From Octopus vulgaris (lineage: Eukaryota), in assembly GCA_951406725.2 (NCBI GenBank), contig OX597832.1, forward strand, positions 7,254,001 to 7,318,000: a stretch of 64,000 bases of DNA. The letters run 5' to 3'. The notes beneath the pieces are model-generated. The model searched no databases. It saw nothing but the letters and a program-made list of their open reading frames with translations, and was not told the DNA's origin. The position numbers and the translations under genes were made by a program. Below are positions 37,772 to 50,393 of the stretch, piece by piece (positions within the stretch are counted from its first letter, which is position 1; each line of letters opens with the position of its first letter).

Positions 37772-38320
37772 CATAGGCGCAGACATGGCCATGTGGTAAC
37801 AAGCTTGCTTCCCAATCACATGGTTTCAGTTTCAGGTTCACTGCTTGGCACTTTGGGCAAGTGTATTCTACTATAGCTTCCGGCCGACCAGGTCTTTGTG
37901 AGTGGATTTGGCAGACTGAAAATGAAAGAAGCTCGTCGTGTATATATATATATATAGGGAGAGTTTACGGAAAAAAGCAAAAGACGAAGACGGGTGGTGT
38001 ACAAAACAAACAGATGTATTAGTATAACGCTCACGAATAGAAACAGTCTTTTACGTTTCGAGCCTACGCTCTTCTACAGAAAGGGACACAGAAAAAAACA
38101 AGGAGAGAAAAAATGTGTGTAGTGGCTTGTGTGTGTGTATCCCATCACCGTGTGACAACCGGTGTTGGTTTGTTTACGTCCACATAACTTAGCGGTTCGT
38201 CAAAAAGGACCGATAGAATAAGTACCAAGCTTTAAAAAAAGTACTGGGGTCGATTCATTCTACTAATATTTCCTCAAAGTGCATGGCCGTAGTCTAATGA
38301 CTGAAATCGGTAAAAGATAA
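37772..38320 (+). mobile_element. Family B SINE with a Penelope-like fragment (~37950-38125, minus) inside its microsatellite
   Basis: Head AGGCGCAGACATGGCC.., tail ..GACTGAAATCGGTAAAAGAT; insert carries a hammerhead-like motif at 38048-38083. Confidence 0.75.
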
Positions 38321-38535
38321 TGATACTTGAAGACGGATATATATCTTCAAAATTCCCAAGTGATCAAACTGAAATAAAATAACAAAAAAAAAAACAAAAC
38401 AAAAACAAAAAGAGGCCTTTTTTTGGGGGCTGTCGGTCCTTTTGTATACCCACTACCTCTAGATACACGGTGTTAGTAATGGTTTCAAATTTTGAGTAGA
38501 GGGATTAAGTCAAATCCTAGTACTTATTTTGACTG

Positions 38536-38796
38536 CTCAAGCATACCTCAACGTTATGGAAGAATTGCGCTCCTGAAAATAAGCCGCAACGTGGAGATTC
38601 GTAATGTGAAATCTATTTTGCCATTGACTTCCCATGATACATGGGAATCATTTGAAAAATACATTTTGCCGAATTCCACTTTATGGTAAGATTTTTATGA
38701 ACGCGATGCTTCAGTAATGCGGAAGATGTCCGTTTTACATTTAGGGTAAAGCACTTGTGTACTGAGGATTCTTCTGAACTCCCTGTCCAAATGCAA
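38536..38796 (-). repeat. Second copy of the HERO-like 3'UTR segment
   Basis: Colinear with 36216-36475 (GTGAAATCTATTTTGCCATTGACTTCCCATGATACATGG..). Confidence 0.85.
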
Positions 38797-39411
38797 TGAT
38801 CGAACTGGTACTTATTTTATCGGCCCTAAAAGAATAAAAGGCAAAGTCAACCTCCACAGAGTTTGAACTGAAGACGGAAGAAAGCCCGGAAGAAATACCT
38901 ATTTCTTTACTACCCACAAGGGGCTAAACACAGAGGGGACAAACAAGGATAGACAAAGGGATTAAGTCGATTATATCGACCCCAGTGGTACTTATTTAAT
39001 TGATCCCGAAAGGATGAAAGGCAAAATCGACCTCGGCGGAATTTGAACTCAGAACGTAGCGGCAGACGAAATGCCGCTTAGCATTTCGCCCGGCGTGCTA
39101 ACGATTCTGCCAGCTCGCCGCCTTGAACTGGTTAACAACGGATAATATTTTGCTTGAAAAGTTCCAAACAAAGCGCAACAAAATCATTATTGCTAAATAT
39201 ATTACAGTTTACGACGAACGTAAGCTACAATTTTAGAACTCATTAAAACCTAAATTTAGATGAATTGTCTGATCTGAAGGCAGCTAAAGGAATGTATTAA
39301 TATTTTAACCGTAATTGTTCTAAATTTCTTTCCTATTCCCATTTTCGTGTCTATATATTCCTTGCAGCTTTGTTTGTTTGCTTGTTTGTTTGGTTTGTTT
39401 GTTTGTTTCCG

Positions 39412-39479
<68 letters not shown>

Positions 39480-39662
39480 TCACTATCTATATCTCTTTAT
39501 ACATTATTGACGTCATATGAATTTTAATCTATTTATTTATAACATTTAAATACAAAGAAACCGGAAAAAAAAAAGAGTTAAAAAAGGAAAAGAAAGAAAA
39601 GAAAAAAAAGAGGGTAGAGTAAATACTAGACTAAATGGTCTGCTCAGCTGCACCCCCACGGG

Positions 39663-39893
39663 TGCGCTCCTGAAAATAAGCCGCAACGTGGTGTCTCGTA
39701 ATGTGAAATCTATTTTGCCATTGACTTCCTATGATACATGGGAACCATTTGAAAAATACATTTTGCCGAACTCCACATTATGGCAAGATTTTTATGAACA
39801 CAATGCTTCTGTAATGCGGAAGATGTCCGTTTTACATTTAGGGTAAAACACTTGTGTACTGAGGGTTCTTCTGAACTCCGTGTCCAAATGCAA
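39663..39893 (-). repeat. Third copy of the HERO-like 3'UTR segment
   Basis: Colinear with 38565-38796 and shares its junction to a family A SINE. Confidence 0.85.
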
Positions 39894-39899
39894 TAATCG

Positions 39900-40363
39900 G
39901 ACTGGTACTTATTTTATCGGCTCTAAAAGAATAAAAGGGCAATGTCAACCTCCATAGAATTTGAACTCAAGACGGACCCCCCCCCCCGGAAGAAATACCG
40001 TTGAGCATTATACCTATTTCGTTACTATCCACAAGGGGCTAAATACAGAGGGGACAAACAAGGACAGACATAGGTATTAAGTCGATTACATCGACCCCAG
40101 TGCGTAACTGGTACTTAATTTATCGACCCCGAAAGGATGAAAGGCAAAGTCGACCTCGGCGGAATTCGAACTCAGAACGTAACTACAGGCGAAATACGGC
40201 TACGCATTTCGCCCGGCGTGCTAACGTTTCTGCCGAACCGCTAAGTTACGGAGACGTAAACACACCATCATCGGTTGTCAAGCGATGTTGGGGGGTGGGG
40301 ACAAGCACAGACACACAAACATATACATACATACATACATACATACATACATACATACATACA

Positions 40364-40397
<34 letters not shown>

Positions 40398-40560
40398 CGA
40401 CGGGTTTCTTTCAGTTTCCGTTTACCAAATCCACTCACAAGGCTTTGGTCGGTCCGAGGCTATAGTAGAAGACACTTGCCCAAGGTGCCATGCAGTGGGA
40501 CTGAACCCGGAACCATGTGGTTGATAAGCAAGCTACTTACCACACAGCCACTCCTATGCC
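39900..40560 (-). mobile_element. Family A SINE dimer fused to a family B SINE
   Basis: A body to ~40232 joins B body through the shared TGCC (TTTCTGCC|GAACCGCTAAG). Confidence 0.8.
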
Positions 40561-41228
40561 TATATATTGATGAATTATTGTTACGCGGCATCAGAAAGAT
40601 AGCGAGCTGGCAGAATCGTTAGCACGCCGGGCGATTTTGCCTTTCATTCGTTCTGGATTGATTAGATAAGTACCAGTTATGCACTGGAGTCGATGAAATC
40701 GACTTAATCCCTTCCCCGCAAATTTGTGGCCTTGTGCTTCCAGTAGAAAGAATAATAACGCGACATCAGATAGTCGAGTAAAAACGGTTAAATAAAAATG
40801 GTTACTCTCTCAAGGCTTTGGAGCCAAGGACAACGGAAATCACTGGTGTACATACATACATATATGTATCGACCTCTAGAGGATGAAGGGCCAAATCGAT
40901 CTCAGCAGCGTTTGAACTCAGACCATAAAGAGCCGGAAGGAATGCCACAAAGCAATTTGTCCGGCGCAGTAGCGATTTTACAAGTTCGCCGCCTTGCATT
41001 CTCTGGAGATCTGATATCGGTTAATTATCATAAGAATACGTGTTGTTATTTATCGTTTATGAACCTTGATCTAGCAGATCTATAATAAAATGTATTCCAT
41101 CCATGACCATTCCGACTTTTTAATTCTATGTAGGACTTCATTGTTTTTGCATTTTTTAAATTTACAATAATAAAAATAGCCAAACTTTCTAACAAGTGGC
41201 ACGACCACATCGAGTCTCTGCGTTGGCT

Positions 41229-41265
<37 letters not shown>

Positions 41266-41295
41266 ATGTATGTATGTATGTATGTATGTATGTAT

Positions 41296-41709
41296 ACTCT
41301 TTTACTCTTCTACTTGTTTCAGTCATTTGACTGCGGCCATGCTGGAGCACCGCCTTTAGTCGAGCAAATCGACCCCGGGACTTATTCTTTGTAAGCCCAG
41401 TACTTATTCTATCGGTCTCTTTTGCCGAACCGCTAAGTGACGGGGACGTAAACACACCAACATCGGTTGTCAAGCAATGCTAGAGGGACAAGCACAGACA
41501 CACAAACATATACACACACATACATACATATATATATATATACATATATACGACAGGCTTCTTTCAGTTTCCGTCTACCAAATCCACTCACAAGGCTTTG
41601 GTCGGCCCGAGGCTATAGCAGAAGACACTTGCCCAAGATGCCACGCAGTGGGACTGAACCCGGAACCATGTGGTTGGTTAGCAAGCTACTTACCACACAA
41701 CCACTCCTG
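41296..41709 (-). mobile_element. Family B SINE, young full-length copy inserted in (TATG)n
   Basis: CpGs intact; (TATG)n on both sides. Confidence 0.92.
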
Positions 41710-41799
41710 TATGTATGTATGTATGTATGTATGTGCGTTTGTGTGCGTGTGTGTATGTATATGCATGTGAGTGCATGTGTGAGTGTGTGTATGCGTATC

Positions 41800-41975
41800 A
41801 TGGCTCATTTAAGTAAGGAGTTGTTGCTGACCGAGGTGTATCCGGACATTGGTGGCTTATCTGGCATCTCTTGAAGAAATATGTCCAGGTTTCGTTTGAA
41901 TGAGATGAGATCTTTTTCTTCTTTGATTTGTTTTGCGATAATGTTAAACAGAGCAGGGTCCAAGAAGGGCAGCAC
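41800..41975 (-). mobile_element. CR1/L2/Jockey-group LINE extreme 3' end
   Basis: ALFNIIAKQIKEEKDLISFKRNLDIFLQEMPDKPPMSGYTSVSNNSL resembles the ORF2 C-terminus (FN.LP..FK..LD.FL..PD.P). Confidence 0.7.
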
Positions 41976-42163
41976 TGATGGGCCTTAAGTTTTTTTTCTG
42001 TACTTCTGAAACTAGCATGAGGAAAATAGTAATTTATCCTCAAACATGAGCCGTGATCCAAATGCTTGCAACAGATTGAACTCCATTAAAGTCATCCGTT
42101 GTCCAAATGGTGACCTTAAACTTGGGAATGAATCAAGTATACTCCTTTCCATACAGTAATACC

Positions 42164-42612
42164 TATTTCTTTACTACCCACAAGGGGCTAAACACAGAGG
42201 GGACAAACAAGGACAGACATAGGTATTAAGTCGATTACATCGACCCCAGTGCGTAACTGGTACTTAATTCATCGACCCCGAAAGGATGAAGGGCAAAGTC
42301 GACCTCGGCGGAATTTGAACTCACAACGTAACGGCAGACGAAATACCGCAAAGCATTTCGCACGGCGTGCTAACGATTCTTATTTCTTTATTACCCACAA
42401 GGGGCTAAACACAGAGAGGACAAACAAGGACAGACATAGGTATTAAGTCGATTACATCGACCCCAGTGCATAACTGGTACTTAATTTATCAATCCCGAAA
42501 GGATGAAAGGCAAAGTCGACCTCGGCGGAATTTGAACTCACAACGTAACGGCAGATGAAATACTGCAAAGCATTTCGCCCGGCGTGCTAACGCTTCTGCC
42601 AGTTCGCCGCCT
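42164..42612 (-). mobile_element. Family A SINE dimer inside one TSD
   Basis: TACAGTAATACC on both sides; internal junction near 42380. Confidence 0.9.
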
Positions 42613-42968
42613 TACAGTAATACCGTTAAGAAGAAGGCCCCACGAGCCTACTGGTATGTAGGGCTTTCATCTGGTAACACTTGTATCTGCAGACTGTTTG
42701 CTAGTAATATATATGTATCCGTTAGGCGGCGAGCTGGCAAAAGCGTTTGCACGCCGAACAAAGTGCTTAGCAGCATCTCGTCCGGTTTTACGTTCTGAGT
42801 TCAAATTCTGCCGAGGTTGATTATATCTTTCATCTTTTCAAGGCTAATAAAATAAGTACCAGCTGAGCACTGAGGTCGATGTAATCGACTTATCCACACC
42901 AGCGAAATTGCTGGCCTTGTGCCATAATTTGAAACCAGTATATATGTATGCATATATACTAGTTTAAA

Positions 42969-43010
<42 letters not shown>

Positions 43011-43012
<2 letters not shown>

Positions 43013-43355
43013 TCTTTTACTTGTTTCAGTCATTTGACTGTGGCCATGCTGGAGCACCGCCTTTAGTCGAGAAAAGCCTAGTACTTATTCTATCGGTCTC
43101 TTTTGCCGAACCGCTAAGTTACGGGACCGTAAACACAGCACGATCGGCTGTCAAGCGATGCTGGCGAGAGGACAAACACAGACACACAAACATATACACA
43201 CACACATATATACGACGGGCTTCTTTCAGTTTCCGTCTACCAAATCCACTCGCAAGGCTTTGGTCGACCCGAGGCTATAGTAAAAGACACTCGCCCAAGG
43301 TGCCACGCAGTGGGACTGAACCGGGAACCATGTGGTTGGTAAACAAGCTACTTAC

Positions 43356-43358
<3 letters not shown>
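43011..43358 (-). mobile_element. Family B SINE inserted in (TA)n
   Basis: Body colinear with other copies; (TA)n on both sides. Confidence 0.88.
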
Positions 43359-43417
<59 letters not shown>

Positions 43418-43591
43418 GTATATTTACATGTCTATCGCATGATTATTCGTTTGTAAGAGGTATAATAGCTCGCTCTTGTTACATCACACTATTAGGCATG
43501 TCATATTCCATAGTTGAACGCCAAACACCAATGACAAGGCACGAACTTGCGACTTTTTCAGTTGCGAACGCTTACATTTTCTCTCTTTACC

Positions 43592-43673
<82 letters not shown>

Positions 43674-45163
43674 CTCTCTCTCTCTCTCTATATATATATA
43701 TACATATATATAATAGCACAAATTTAAATGCAAAACAAACCATATAACAAAAGAGATTTTTCTGACAGAGGAATGAGAAATATACAAATTTCAAGAAGTG
43801 AATATCATTGATAAGAAAGCGGGAAGGCCGAGAGTTACAGGAGTTTCAACTGACGTCTCTTATCTACCCCACATTGTATATCCCCAGAACTTGACACCTG
43901 AATTTGTTTTATCTACCCCAAACTCAAAGAAAGGCCAAAGGGATCGAAACAGAATTTGGATTTAGAATCTAAGAAAAGAAAGAACTCTGTCTGAAACGGG
44001 TTAAGTGGATTTATTTGGTCGTCCGCAATGATAATTAAACAAACTGTGAAATAGTAATTACTATTAGGGGAGGGGGGACTGGGCGGGGTATCAGTAATTA
44101 AAGGATACCAACACAAAAGATTGTCGGAGTCTAGTCGATTATTTCGACTCAAAGTACTTGGTGTGGTACTGAATTCATTAACTCCGAAAGGATGAAAGGC
44201 AAAGTTGACCTCGGCGGAATTTGAACTCAGAACGTAAAGAGCCGGAAGAAATGCCGCTAAGTATTTTGCCCGAGGCGGTAAGGAGTCTGCCAACTCGCCG
44301 TCTGTATAATAATAATAACATTAATAATAACAATAACAATAACAACAATAATAATAATAATAATAATAGTGGTGGTGGTAGTGGTTCGTTCTGTCGTAGT
44401 ATAACCCAGTTGTTCAAGAAATGTTGCTGTGTTTGCAGGAGAGAAAAACGTATTCAATACAATTATAACAACGATTACCACCATCATGAGAATCGCCGTA
44501 AATATAATCAACAACAACAACACCCACAACAACAACAACAACAACAACAACGACGACGGCGAAGAAGCAGTGATGTCCTACAGCAAACAAACACCAAGTT
44601 TGAACGACAAAATCTCAGCAGCAAATCGATAGATAATAACAATAAAATCATTATACACTTCGACGAGATCGATACGCCGTTTTTCTACAAAGAGCAATTC
44701 AATAGCAGATACGTGTCTACACGTTATTCCTGCGAACCAACAAAAGAGTATATCCATACAGTTGGTGAGAGATCGTTATCGATTTAAAAACTAACAAAGA
44801 GATAAGAGAGAGAGAGACAAAGAGAAAAAGAGAGACGCTTGGCAAAAGATTGTTGTAATTAAATTTGAAAATTCATGGATTTAAAGTGTTTTTATGATAG
44901 AATTAAAGGTGACCAGTATATTTTTTTAATCATGTAACGTTGTATATTTGAATAATGTTTATATTTTTAATTAGAGGTGGGTTTGAATGTTTTGTGTTAG
45001 ATTTTGTTTTTGTTGCCTTTTTTTTTAAAATAATTTTTTCTCTCTCTCTTTATATTTGTGTGATACTTAATTTCTTTTTTTTTTTTTTTTTTTCTTTATT
45101 GTTTTATCTTTTATCTTTGTTTTACTTGTTAATATATATTTGGTGATGGCTGCTTCGGTGACT

Positions 45164-45242
<79 letters not shown>

Positions 45243-45265
45243 AAAAAAAGAAAGCGAGGAGAAAA

Positions 45266-45309
<44 letters not shown>

Positions 45310-45500
45310 GAGAAAGAAAGAAGAGCAAACTACAGTGTATGCCCAAACAATTCGGACATTCTCTCGCAGCATCAATACTGGTCGGTATCACTAGATCAAG
45401 CGATGCTGTTGGAAGATACTGAAGTCCGTTGGTGATTTGCAGCTGACAGCTGGCGAAGGGAATGTTCCGCTGTGAGAGTTGCGTTATATAACATTTCACA

Positions 45501-45537
<37 letters not shown>

Positions 45538-45564
45538 ATGTATGTATGTTATGATATGTTAGTT

Positions 45565-45818
45565 ACTAATCATATCTGTCGGGCATGTGGAAGAGAGTGT
45601 AATTCAGCAGGAGAACTTAAACGTACATGCAAAGGTACATGAAGCCCAGTTATGACTACAGCCGGCTATTACCGGTAAAGGTTTTAGTTGCCAATTTTGT
45701 ACAAGACATTGTAGATCTTTAGCTGGGCTAAAAAGTCACTTTCGATCACAGCACCAGTAACAGTTAAGCTTCGTGCAATGGCCATACTCGATAACGAGGG
45801 GGCTGCCATAATAATAAT
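45565..45818 (+). mobile_element. RTE LINE 3' terminal fragment
   Basis: Closely matches the reverse complement of 59400-59645; (ATA)n tail; inside (TATG)n. Confidence 0.85.
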
Positions 45819-45949
45819 GTATGTATGTATGTATGTATGTATGTATGTATGTATGTATGTATGTGTATATATAGACTAAAAAAGCTTTGAATGGTACAAT
45901 AATGTTCTATAATACATACAAACAATGGGCTATATTAATAATTCTTAAT

Positions 45950-46195
45950 GCGCCCCTTTTAAAGCCTTGCCAGGCTCATGGGCCCGGTTTCCCGGTTTCA
46001 ATGGCATATGTGTTCCCCGGCTGGACGGGACGCCAGTCCATCGCAGCGTTACTCATTTTTGCCAGCTGAGTGGACTGGAGCAACGTGAAATGAAGTGTTT
46101 TACTCAAGAACACAACGCGTCGCCCGGTCCAGGAATCGAAATCACAATCGTAAGATTGATGCTGACACCCTAACCACTAAGCCACGCGCCTGCAC
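45950..46195 (-). mobile_element. V-SINE-like family C
   Basis: Reverse-complement sister of 2305-2555 with CpGs intact. Confidence 0.85.
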
Positions 46196-46374
46196 AATGG
46201 GTTATATACCTGTTGTAATTTAGTCATCCATAGTCTGATGATATTTTGGAATAAAATTCCTTCTTCAGATATTCTTAGAGACTCCATCTAAGAATATCTG
46301 AAGAAGGAATTTTATTCCGAAATATCATATCAGACTATGGATGACTAAATTACAACCGGTATATAGCCCATTGT
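46194..46374. repeat. Palindrome (~87-bp arms, 7-nt loop) containing a minimal hammerhead
   Basis: 46194-46279 is the reverse complement of 46287-46374. Confidence 0.9.
46294..46330 (+). ncRNA. Minimal type I hammerhead-ribozyme-like motif (Penelope type)
   Basis: ATAT-CTGAAGA-A-GGAAT.TTT.ATTCC-GAAA-TA-TC-ATAT: intact core, helix II, palindromic minimal helix III, AUC site. Confidence 0.6.
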
Positions 46375-46460
46375 CTATATTATAGTGCATTGTTGTGCCA
46401 TTCAAAACTTTTTATTCTTTACAAACAATACACAATGCTTCAAGCGAACTACAATACTCT

Positions 46461-46785
46461 GTATGTATGTATGTATGTATGTATGTATGTATGTATGTAT
46501 GTATGTATGTATGTATGTATGTATGTATGTATGTATGTATGTATGTGTGTATGTATGTATGAATGTGTGTGTATGTATGTATGTGTGTGTGTATGTATGT
46601 ATGTATGTATGTATTTATGTATGTATGTGTGTGTGTATGTATGTATGTATGTGTATGTATGTATGTATGTATGTATGTATGTGTGTATGTATGTATGTAT
46701 GTGTATATATGTATGTATGTATGAGTGTGTTTGTGTGTATATGTATACACGCATACATGCATACATACATACGTACATATATGTG
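46461..46785. repeat. (TATG)n/(TG)n microsatellite
   Basis: Direct reading. Confidence 0.95.
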
Positions 46786-47421
46786 GGTGTTTGTGTCTGT
46801 TCCCTATCACCACTTGACAGCCGGTGTTGGTTTGTTTGTAACAAAGCGGTCAGGCGAAAGCGCCGATAGAATAAGTACCAGGCTTTAAAAAAAAGTTCTG
46901 GGGATTGATTTGTTGGACTAAAACCCTTCAAGGTGGCTCCCGAACATGGGTCCTCAGATAACTACCTAGCCCTGATTTTGTTTAAAAGAGTTTTTTAGTG
47001 ACAAATATGGAACATAATTTTGTCAAGAACTACCTCAACAGCAGCCCCAACCTGGTGAACTCGTCCAGAATGAATTTTCAACTGAGCAGCAGATGAGTAT
47101 AGTTTTGGACATAAAGACAGCAGTGCTACCCGTACCCTGGTACTTTTGTGACGTGCAGTGTGTCTGGATCATTTAAATCAGGCAGAGTTCATTCAAAATC
47201 AGATCTGAGTCGATTTCTGCCACAAAGAAATACAAGAGAAGAATCCACTGGCCAGGACTGAGATTTTATTCATCAATACCAAAATATGACAGACGAAGTT
47301 TACCTCGGAGTAATTTGAACTTTGAGCGTAGAGAGTTGAAACGATTACCTTAAGACAATCTGTCCGATGTTCTAACGGCTCAACCACTTTACCTTAAATG
47401 CACACACACGCATGCCCACAT

Positions 47422-47479
<58 letters not shown>

Positions 47480-47979
47480 GTGTGTGTGAGTGAATGTAAA
47501 ATGTGTACAAGAATTGCATTTAAGCATCTGTCATCAAGTTTAAATATTAGAATACTATGATTATGACGTCATAATATCGGTGACGTTTGCCCAGAAGTTT
47601 TGTTTCGGCACAGGAAACCCGAGTGTTCCTAGCAGAAACGTATACTTCAATCTCAATCCATCCATACAGTATATTTCATTGTTCGTCTTTGTGTGACGGC
47701 TGTTAGCATGAGACATTGCTCACAATTTCTTTGTGATCCTGTGATCCTTGGAGATGGCATTTCTGTTGGTGTAGCTACGCCAGGAAGTGCAGTCCTGTGC
47801 TTATATTTTCCCAGGTGTTGGGGTTGATCTAAAATCACTTCAGTGACGGTTTGAGTGAATGTTTCAAGCGCTTTTTCTGCCCACCTTCTCTGCGCTTGCC
47901 TTCTACCAATTCACCGTATAACAGTCTTTTGGGTGGTCGTGTGTCAGGCATTCGAACAAGTATATATGTCAACAGAACA

Positions 47980-48388
47980 TACTCTTACTCTTTTACTCGT
48001 TTCAGTCATTTGACTGCGGCCATGCTGGAGCACCGCCTTTTAGTCGAGCAAATCGACCCCGGGACTTATTTTTTGTAAGCCCAGTACTTATTCTATCGGT
48101 CTCTTTTGCCGACCCGCCAAGTGACGGGGACGTAAACACACCAGCATCGGTTGTCAAGCAATGCTAGAGGGACAAACACAGACACACAAACACACAAACA
48201 CACACACACACATGTATATATATACATATATACGACAGGCTTCTTTCAGTTTCCGTCTACCAAATCCACTCACAAGGCATTGGTCGGCCCGGGGCTATAG
48301 CAGAAGACACTTGCCCAAGATGCCACGCAGTGGGACTGAACCCGGAACCATGTGGTTGGTTAGCAAGCTACTTACCACACAGCCACTC
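47980..48388 (-). mobile_element. Family B SINE, full length
   Basis: Very similar to 41296-41709 and 63305-63725. Confidence 0.92.
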
Positions 48389-48767
48389 TATAAAAACGGT
48401 GAGTATTTTAATAAATTTTAAGTTTGTTACTATTAGAATGTTTGCGCATCTTTTTTTCAGATGTCTCTACAATAATGCAAAATTGATTCTTCTTGAGACG
48501 TTCGATAGATTGTGAATATCATTATTGTTATTAACATATTACCACAAACACATTCGGTTATAAGTGTGTATGTATTTGAGCCTGTTTGTATGTATGTGCT
48601 TGTGAGTGTGTTTATGCTTGTGGTGTGTATATATCTGCCTTTTTTACTCATTTTCCCTCTTATTCCACATCTCTCTGTCGTTCTCATTTTTGTCCATAAC
48701 ACATACACACAGAACTAGACACTTTAATTTTTGTGAATCTCTGTCTTTATATATATGTGTGTATGTA

Positions 48768-48809
<42 letters not shown>

Positions 48810-49317
48810 TGTGTGTGTGTGTGTGCGTGCGTGTGTCTGTGTGTGCGTGATGGTGTGTATGATGGGGTGTGTGCAATATACACACATTCACGCATACAAA
48901 TCTTACGAAAACGCATAAGATGTGCAAGAATCTGGGTGGGAAGACATCTACATCTTTGTTAGACATGATAAGAATATTAGTTAAATCTCCCTCATATCAC
49001 ATCTCCTTTTCTTCCATGTCTTTTGTATGCACAACTGATACTCCATGGAATTTCACAAGAAGATATCTGAGTTAGAAGTAGCACCCAGATTTCCGTCAAT
49101 CCAGCCAATACTCTCTATGTAGGCACACACACAAACACATACACATACACACACACAAACACACATACACAAACACACACACAAACACACACACACACAC
49201 ACACATACACACACATACATTTGAGTCACAGTGTTACACCACTGTATTACTTTTGGCCTTGCTAGTTATTGCAGTGATAATTTCTCTTAAAATTGTACTT
49301 TGTGTCTTGTGTACGTA

Positions 49318-49642
49318 TGGCGCGTGCTTTAGTGGTTAGGGAATTCGGCTCAGGATCGTAAGGTCGTGAGTTCAATTCCAGGTGACGCGTTGTGTCCTTG
49401 AGCAAGACACTTTATTTCACATTGTTCCATCCAGTCCACTCAGCTATCAAAAATGAGTAGTACCTCTAATTCAAAAGGGCCAGCCTTGTCACATTCTGTG
49501 TCACGCTGATGTTCCCAGTGAACTACGTTAAGGGCACGCGTGACTGTGGAGTACTCAGCCACTTGCACATTAATTTCACGAGCAAGCTGTTCCGTTGATC
49601 GGATCAACTGGAACCCTCCTCGTCGTAACCGACGGAGTGCCG
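49318..49642 (+). mobile_element. V-SINE-like family C (long form)
   Basis: A/B boxes TTAGTGGTTAGGG, GAGTTCAATTCC; inverted sister copy at 50620-50895. Confidence 0.8.
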
Positions 49643-49664
49643 GTTTTACGTATACATGGGTGCA

Positions 49665-50393
49665 TATAAGATCTGATCAAAAAGAATCAGGACTGGTGTT
49701 ATAAAAAGAAAACCACAACACAAACCAATTCGTATTTAATCTCCTTCGAAGCCGTCCCCTTCTGAAGCTACACACTATATCCAGTGTCGTTTCCATTGAT
49801 GGACTCTTTCCTGGAACTCCTTTATTTGGGAATGCTTCGTTGCATTCCCTTGGATTTCCACGACGTCTTGAAATCTTGTTCTTTTCAAGTGGGATGTGAG
49901 TTTTGGAAAAATTCTTGACCGTAATAGCCTTCAAGCCGTGTCTCTTTTCAAGCACATACACACACACTCTCTCTCTCTCTCTCTCACTCTCTCTCTCTCT
50001 TTCTCACGCTCTCTCTTTCTCGCTCTCTCTCTTTCTCGCTCTCTCTCTTTCTCTCTCTCTCTCTTCTCTCTCTCTTTCTTTCTTTCTTTCTCTCTCTCTC
50101 TGTCTCTCTCTCTCTTTCTCTCTCTCTGTCTCTCTGTCTCTCTCTCACACACATACATATTTTCTCTGTCATGCTCACTGATGGAACCTCTGCAGTGTGG
50201 TGAGATGACCACACTCTACACACTTTACTTCCAAGCACTACTATAAACAACGGAAGAGAGCGAGAATATTATAACTTAGTGTCAATGTGTGACAGAGTTC
50301 AAGCTCAATCTGCGCCAAGCGACTTCACTCTGCGCATTTTAGCTCCGTTACCATAGCAACTGTCCCGATGCGTTTTTTTGATCAGACCTCGTA
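49665..50393 (-). mobile_element. Internally deleted mariner-type element containing a (CT)n tract
   Basis: TA-flanked TIRs TAAGATCTGATCAAAAAG / TTTTTGATCAGACCTCG; C-terminal transposase remnant near 49750-49880. Confidence 0.75.

Noticed and set aside
40100-40465. Recurring MRNWYLIYRPRKDERQSRPRR ORFs (also 30767, 33542, 42249, 51263)
   Set aside because: Antisense translation of the family A SINE, not a gene family
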